A program made the position numbers and the translations under genes. The notes below the pieces were generated by a model, which saw only the letters and a list, made by a program, of their open reading frames with translations, did no database searches and had not been told where the DNA came from. Below are positions 59,125 through 64,000 of a stretch of DNA of 64,000 nucleotides, piece by piece (the stretch's first letter is position 1; each line of letters opens with the position of its first letter). The stretch is from Candidatus Dojkabacteria bacterium (lineage in GTDB: Bacteria; Patescibacteriota; Dojkabacteria; SC72), in assembly GCA_018056375.1 (NCBI GenBank), contig JAGPFQ010000001.1:39995-103994 (forward strand), read 5' to 3'.

Positions 59125-61185
59125 CTAAATTTTCATTCCAACATCCCACGCTCTCCAGGTGACTGTTCTTAAGTTACCAACTTCATTGCAATCACCTACG
59201 AGATGGACTTTTCGATTTGTTTCAGGGATTGTTTTTGGATTGTAGCCTACTGACATAATGACAGTATCTGCTTCTATGAATATTTCTTCACCATCTTTGT
59301 TTTTTATCTTAACTCCTTCCTTTGTAATTTCTTGAACAGCAGATTCTAAGTGAACCTCAACATTGTTCAATGCAAAGAATTCTCTTAGATAAGAACTGTT
59401 TGCTAAACAGACTCCTCTTACTGCTATCAAATCATTTCTTGCTTCTACGATGATGGGTGTTTTTCCTTTTTGGTATAGGTCTAATGCAATTTCACAACCG
59501 GTTAAACCTCCACCAATGATTATCACTTTTTCACCAGCTTTAGAGTTGTCTTTCAAATAGTCACATGCTTCAATTGTATTCTCAATTCCTTTTATCTTTA
59601 ATCTCTTCGGTGTTGCACCTATTGCTACAATAACTTCATCTGCATCTATTTGGTCGAAATTAGTCACTTCCGTATTAAACTTAATCTCAATTTGTAAATC
59701 TTTCATCTCTTTTTCATACCAATCAAGAAGAGCTTTTTCTTTATCTTTGAATGCAGGTGTTGAAGCATATTTAAATACTCCTCCTACTCTATCGCTTTTT
59801 TCATAAATAGTTGCCTTGTGTCCTCTTAGTGTTAAGAGTCTTGCAACTTCCATTCCACCTATTCCTGCACCAATGACTGCAATGTGTTTAGGATTATTTG
59901 TTTTAATAATCTTGTATTTCTTAGATTGCATAGTAGTTGGATTTAGTGCACATCTTGCCATACCAGCATTATCCGAAAGTGCTTGATCATTCCCTACTCC
60001 TTTGTAGTGCGCCATATTGAAACATGCATTATGACAACCAATACATGGCTTTATACTCGCCTCATCACCATTCATAAGTTTAGTAATCCACTCTGGGTCA
60101 GTAAGGAATTGTCTTGCAACTCCCATGGCATCTATTCTTCCCTCTTTTATCGATTCCGCTCCTGCTGATGGTGTCATTCTACCTGCACAAACTACTGGGA
60201 TGTCTACATACTTTCTAATCTCTTCTACATATTTAAGATTACAGTTGTAAGGCATATACCCTGGAGGATGAGCCCAATACCAAGCATCATATGTTCCATT
60301 ATCACAATTTAACATATCATACCCTGCATCTTGTAGATATTTAGCAGCTTGTTTTGATTCCTCCATATCTCTTCCTACTTCGGTATATTCTTCACCTGGG
60401 AGTGCTCCTTGTCCGAATCCTTTTGTTTTAGAAACGACCGAATATCTGAGTGATACAGGAAAATCTTTACCACACTCCTTTTTAATTGCCTGTACTATTT
60501 CAACAGGAAATCTATATCTATTCTCAAATGATCCACCATATTTATCATCTCTAAAGTTTGTATATTTCATTGTAAATTGATCAAGAAGATATCCCTCGTG
60601 AACAGCATGAATCTCAATACCGTCTACTCCTGCCTCTTGGCAAAGTTTAGCTGTTTTAGCAAAGCCTTCAATGATTTCTTGTATCTCTTCAACAGTCATT
60701 GGTCTAGACATTACGGAATCATCCCAACGATTTGGTGTTGTACTTGCACTAGCTGTTAGGTAGTCAACATCTAGAACTGGCTTAAGAAGTGTTCCTAAGA
60801 ATTTGTTGTGATGAGCTTCTATCATCAGGTGGTTAATTGCTAGACTTCTTCCAAAACCTGCTGTTAGTTGGATGAATAGTTTAGAACCTGTTTTGTGGAA
60901 TTCATCCATGAACTCTTTAAGTTCTTTAAACTTGCCTTTGCCTTTGTAGAGCCATTTGCCCCAAAGAATATCACGTATTGGAGCAATACCAGGGAGTATT
61001 AGTCCTACATTATTCCTTGCTCTTTCTAAAATGAAATTGGCTGCTTCTTTGTCAAAATGGTTACCGAATGGTTCCATCCATCCAAAGAGTGAGGTGCCTC
61101 CCATAGATGTCATAACAATCCTGTTTTTGATTTCAAGATTACCAATCTTCCATGGGGTGAATAGTGGTTTGTACTCTTCTTTCAT
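59125..61185 (-). CDS. Old-yellow-enzyme-family FMN oxidoreductase fused to FAD/NAD(P)-binding domain (2,4-dienoyl-CoA reductase / NADH oxidase-like)
   Basis: OYE N-terminus LFTPWKIGNLEIKNRIVMTSMGG, Cys cluster CIGCHNACF, two Rossmann dinucleotide motifs IAVIGAGIGGMEVA and VIIIGGGLTGCEIA; 686 aa. Confidence 0.8.
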   Translation of the reverse strand: MKEEYKPLFTPWKIGNLEIKNRIVMTSMGGTSLFGWMEPFGNHFDKEAANFILERARNNVGLILPGIAPIRDILWGKWLYKGKGKFKELKEFMDEFHKTGSKLFIQLTAGFGRSLAINHLMIEAHHNKFLGTLLKPVLDVDYLTASASTTPNRWDDSVMSRPMTVEEIQEIIEGFAKTAKLCQEAGVDGIEIHAVHEGYLLDQFTMKYTNFRDDKYGGSFENRYRFPVEIVQAIKKECGKDFPVSLRYSVVSKTKGFGQGALPGEEYTEVGRDMEESKQAAKYLQDAGYDMLNCDNGTYDAWYWAHPPGYMPYNCNLKYVEEIRKYVDIPVVCAGRMTPSAGAESIKEGRIDAMGVARQFLTDPEWITKLMNGDEASIKPCIGCHNACFNMAHYKGVGNDQALSDNAGMARCALNPTTMQSKKYKIIKTNNPKHIAVIGAGIGGMEVARLLTLRGHKATIYEKSDRVGGVFKYASTPAFKDKEKALLDWYEKEMKDLQIEIKFNTEVTNFDQIDADEVIVAIGATPKRLKIKGIENTIEACDYLKDNSKAGEKVIIIGGGLTGCEIALDLYQKGKTPIIVEARNDLIAVRGVCLANSSYLREFFALNNVEVHLESAVQEITKEGVKIKNKDGEEIFIEADTVIMSVGYNPKTIPETNRKVHLVGDCNEVGNLRTVTWRAWDVGMKI

Positions 61186-61318
61186 AAACCTTTCTCCTTT
61201 AATTTAGATATGAATTAAAAGATATTGTTCAATACTAAATACTACAAATTTAAGTTGTTGATTGCAAGAGATATGAGATAGTTTAATGAAAAAGAAAAGT
61301 GTGTGGTAGAATACATTT

Positions 61319-62270
61319 ATGAATATATACAAACACCTACTTGAAAAGAAAGGTCACATTCTAGCTCTTGCCCCTATGGAAGGTGTTACTGACACTGTTT
61401 TTAGGCAAGTACTTTGTGAGATTGGAAAACCAGATCTGTTTTTTACAGAGTTTCTTAATGTGGAGGGTTTTTGTTCGAAAGGAAGAGAGAAGGTTGTACA
61501 TAGGTTGGATTTTAAGGATATTGAGGAAACCTGTGGTTGTACAGCTTTGGGGAAATGTTCCTGAGTACTATGCTGAAACTATCGAATATGTAAAGACTCT
61601 TAATCCAGATGGTATTGATATTAACATGGGTTGTTCTGTAAGAGATGTGCTTTCTAGTGGAAGAGGTTCTGCATTGATAAATGACAAGGTTTTAGCTAAG
61701 GAGATAATTGACGTTGTTAAAGAGAGTGCTGGTGATTTACCTGTTAGTGTGAAGACTAGGATTGGTTTTGACAAGATTGATACAGAGGGATGGATTGGCT
61801 TTTTGCTTGAGCAAGGTTTGGATATGATTACGGTTCATGGAAGGCTTTCTAGAGAAGGATATGCTACTCCATCTAGGTGGGATGAGATAGCTAAATGTGT
61901 AAAGTTAAGAAATGATGTTTCTCCAAAGACTGTAATATTAGGGAATGGTGATATTAAAAATATCGGACAGGCTGAGGAGTATTCGGACAAATATAGTGTT
62001 GATGGTGTAATGATAGGTAGAACAATACTGACTAATCCATGGCTATTTAGTGGTAGACAACCAGAGGATATATCTAAGGAAGAAAGAATTACTACCCTAC
62101 TTCATCATTTAGATATATTTGAAGAAGAAAAAGGAGATATGAATATATTTAATAGTCAGAAGAAATATATTAAAGCATATATTAGTAATTTTGATGGTGC
62201 TGTTGAATTACGAACAACTCTTATGGAGTTGAATACTGTTGATGATGTAAAGGATATATTGTCTCAATAG
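61319..62270 (+). CDS. dus: tRNA-dihydrouridine synthase (Dus) interrupted by an apparent +1 frameshift near 61530-61540
   Basis: Frame A (61319..61564): MNIYKHLLEKKGHILALAPMEGVTDTVFRQV...EFLNVEG; frame B onward: KPVVVQLWGNVPEYYAETIEYVKTLNPDGIDINMGCS...VKTRIGF: together a complete Dus; frames switch within GAGGAAACCTGTG. Confidence 0.7.
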
Positions 62271-62818
62271 TGATATACTTTACTATGGAACTTTGGAAGG
62301 TATTACTGATCTCATTCTTTATCATCTCAGTCTTTGGTACCCTATTCCACTTTACTCACGATTGGTTTAAGAAGGGGATTCTTCTACATATCTTCTCCGC
62401 TGTCAATGAAAGTACATGGGAGCATATGAAATTACTACTAGCTCCTACTCTTATAGCTATGGTTTTTCAGTTTTTTGTTTTTAAGGGAGCTTATTTCAAT
62501 TTTTGGAATGCTGTTCTTTGTCTTCTAGTTGTAGAACTTATAGCGATGCCTTTGCTCTTTGAACCTTTGAGATTGATTATGAAGAAAGTTCCTCTTTGGT
62601 TAACAATTGTAATATTTTTTCTTTCAATAGTTATTGGAATATTTATAGAATATCTTGTTTTAACTAAAGAATTTTTGCTGTTTGGTGAGGTTATAGCGAT
62701 GGTGTTGGTTGTGGTAATAATTTTGCTTTTTGCTGTTTTCTCTTACTATCCCCCTAAGTTCTTTATCTTTAAGGATCCTATTAGTGGTAAGTATGGAGAC
62801 TATACTCACAAAGATTAA
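62270..62818 (+). CDS. Hypothetical membrane protein
   Basis: 182 aa, 4-5 TM helices, start overlaps dus stop. Confidence 0.4.
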   Translation: MIYFTMELWKVLLISFFIISVFGTLFHFTHDWFKKGILLHIFSAVNESTWEHMKLLLAPTLIAMVFQFFVFKGAYFNFWNAVLCLLVVELIAMPLLFEPLRLIMKKVPLWLTIVIFFLSIVIGIFIEYLVLTKEFLLFGEVIAMVLVVVIILLFAVFSYYPPKFFIFKDPISGKYGDYTHKD

Positions 62819-63510
62819 AATTCATCAATGAAATATACTTCTTCTACAAAATCCATGTTCTCTTTCTCTTGAGAATATTTATATACATTGAGTTCATCGT
62901 AGTATAGTTTGTCTAGATTTTTGAATTCCTTTTCAGTTACCCAGTAGTTTTTACCATTCTCTGTATCTATTAATTTTCCCATTGGTTCTTTTGCAGAAAT
63001 AATGTAGAACATTTTATCTTCTACTAACTCTCCTGTACTATTTAAAACGACATGGTTATGTACAATTCTTTTTATATGTATATCTTCTACTTCTAAACCT
63101 GTTTCTTCTCTTAGTTCTCTTTTTGCCGTTTCTAGTACTTTCTCACCATATCTAATCTTTCCTGTGATAAATCCTTTGCATCCAAAGTATGGCTCTTTAG
63201 TTCTTTCTTGTATTAACAACTTCTTAACACCATTTTCTCTCTTTGTTGCTATTACTATTACAGCAATCTTTGGTTGTTTCTCTATCTTACCTTCATCTGT
63301 ATCCATTCTATTTGCGAACTCTTTACCTTGTGTAGTAAGTGAATATAGTTGGTTCTCTTTAGTGACTAATCCTTCTTCAATTAAAGTCTTTACATGGTAA
63401 GAGAAGTGATCAGATGTTAATCCCTTTATATTAAGTTTTGTAAATCTAGAATTAGGATTAAAGAGTAATTCTCTTAATATGAGCATTTGAATAGGATGTA
63501 GATTATTCAT
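62815..63510 (-). CDS. Nudix hydrolase with N-terminal winged-helix domain
   Basis: Nudix box GKIRYGEKVLETAKRELREETGLEV (GX5EX7REUXEEXGU); N-terminal IQMLILRELLFNPNSRFTKL wHTH-like. Confidence 0.7.
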   Translation of the reverse strand: MNNLHPIQMLILRELLFNPNSRFTKLNIKGLTSDHFSYHVKTLIEEGLVTKENQLYSLTTQGKEFANRMDTDEGKIEKQPKIAVIVIATKRENGVKKLLIQERTKEPYFGCKGFITGKIRYGEKVLETAKRELREETGLEVEDIHIKRIVHNHVVLNSTGELVEDKMFYIISAKEPMGKLIDTENGKNYWVTEKEFKNLDKLYYDELNVYKYSQEKENMDFVEEVYFIDEF

Positions 63511-63591
63511 AATATATTTTTGTTTAATTAATTGTCTGATGATATCAATGTTTTGTGTGACAAGTCTAGTGAAATTGATTTCACTAAATTT

Positions 63592-64000
63592 TTAGAATTT
63601 CTCTTGCTTCTTAACAACTAAACATGCTAGGTATGTAGTGATTGGTACTGCTAATATTAGTCCAATACTTCCTACCAATGTCCTTACTATCTCAGTAGAT
63701 ACTACCTCAAGACTAATTACTTCACTAAAAGTTCTTTCTGCACTCATAAAGAGAAGAAGGAGGGGCATAGAAGCACCTGCATATACTAAGATTAAAGTAT
63801 TAATCATAGATGCAATATGGTCTCTTCCAAGTTCAAGAGACCTTTGGAAAAGTTCTCTTGTAGATATATCTTTCTTAAGGTCATAGAGTTGGTGAACAAT
63901 TGATGTTTGGGAGATTGTAATATCATCCATAATACCTAGTGTACCTATGAGTATTCCTGCAAGAAGAAGTCCTTTAAGGTTGTATGTTGTATTGTTCATA
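63592..64000 (-). CDS. Membrane protein, C-terminal part (possibly YibE/F-like); may continue beyond window end
   Basis: ORF runs to the window edge; hydrophobic helices with GIMDDITISQ...LVYAGASMPLLLLF reminiscent of the YibE/F family. Confidence 0.3.
   Translation of the reverse strand, partial: MNNTTYNLKGLLLAGILIGTLGIMDDITISQTSIVHQLYDLKKDISTRELFQRSLELGRDHIASMINTLILVYAGASMPLLLLFMSAERTFSEVISLEVVSTEIVRTLVGSIGLILAVPITTYLACLVVKKQEKF

Noticed and set aside
61368-61530. N-terminal part of the second dus ORF (MPLWKVLLTLFLGKYFVRLENQ...).
   Set aside because: It is the out-of-frame read-through of the real Dus N-terminus, which is encoded in the other frame (61319-61535), and has no homology.

Overview
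Low-GC (~33-35% by eye), gene-dense bacterial chromosome segment with short intergenic spacers and many overlapping operonic start/stop codons. Gene content and style point to a reduced-genome bacterium, possibly Patescibacteria/CPR-like: a type IV pilus cluster, a sortase with a tiny substrate, a truncated holB, a membrane-anchored Clp ATPase, an rpsF-ssb-rpsR arrangement and many ORFans. That lineage call is inference only. The window is organised as follows. (1) 1-16.6 kb, all plus strand: ychF C-terminus, a TPR/transglutaminase-like protein, rpsF-ssb-rpsR, a CsoR-like regulator, dnaB, tRNA-Leu(CAA), a zinc-ribbon membrane protein, an Lgt-like protein, rluD, an LCP protein, a VirD4/TraG-like ATPase, and yebC-ruvC-ruvA-ruvB. 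(2) 16.6-34.7 kb, mixed-strand accessory-looking region: a 447-bp non-coding region, a long tyrosine recombinase, a three-gene ORFan operon, a giant GT-C-like membrane protein with GT2, a GC-rich lipoprotein island, two ORFans behind a duplicated promoter-like element, a second GT2, a sortase with a mini-substrate, an NYN protein, a VanY peptidase, and an AbiEi/AbiEii toxin-antitoxin pair. (3) 34.7-40.7 kb, minus strand: gyrA, an unknown inserted gene, gyrB, and a holB-like gene. (4) 40.8-52.1 kb, plus strand: a complete type IV pilus locus in the order pilB-pilT-pilC-pilin-pilD, three minor pilins, an orphan REC, then pilM-N-O. (5) 52.1-61.2 kb, minus strand: khpA-like, rpsP, rnc, nusB, rpmF (not in the ORF track), a membrane-anchored two-NBD Clp ATPase, AcnX large and small subunits, and an OYE/FadH-like flavoenzyme. 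(6) 61.3-64 kb: a frameshifted dus, a membrane protein, a Nudix with wHTH, and a partial membrane protein. No CRISPR array, no rRNA, and no clear IS element were seen. Candidate novelties are ranked in the findings.
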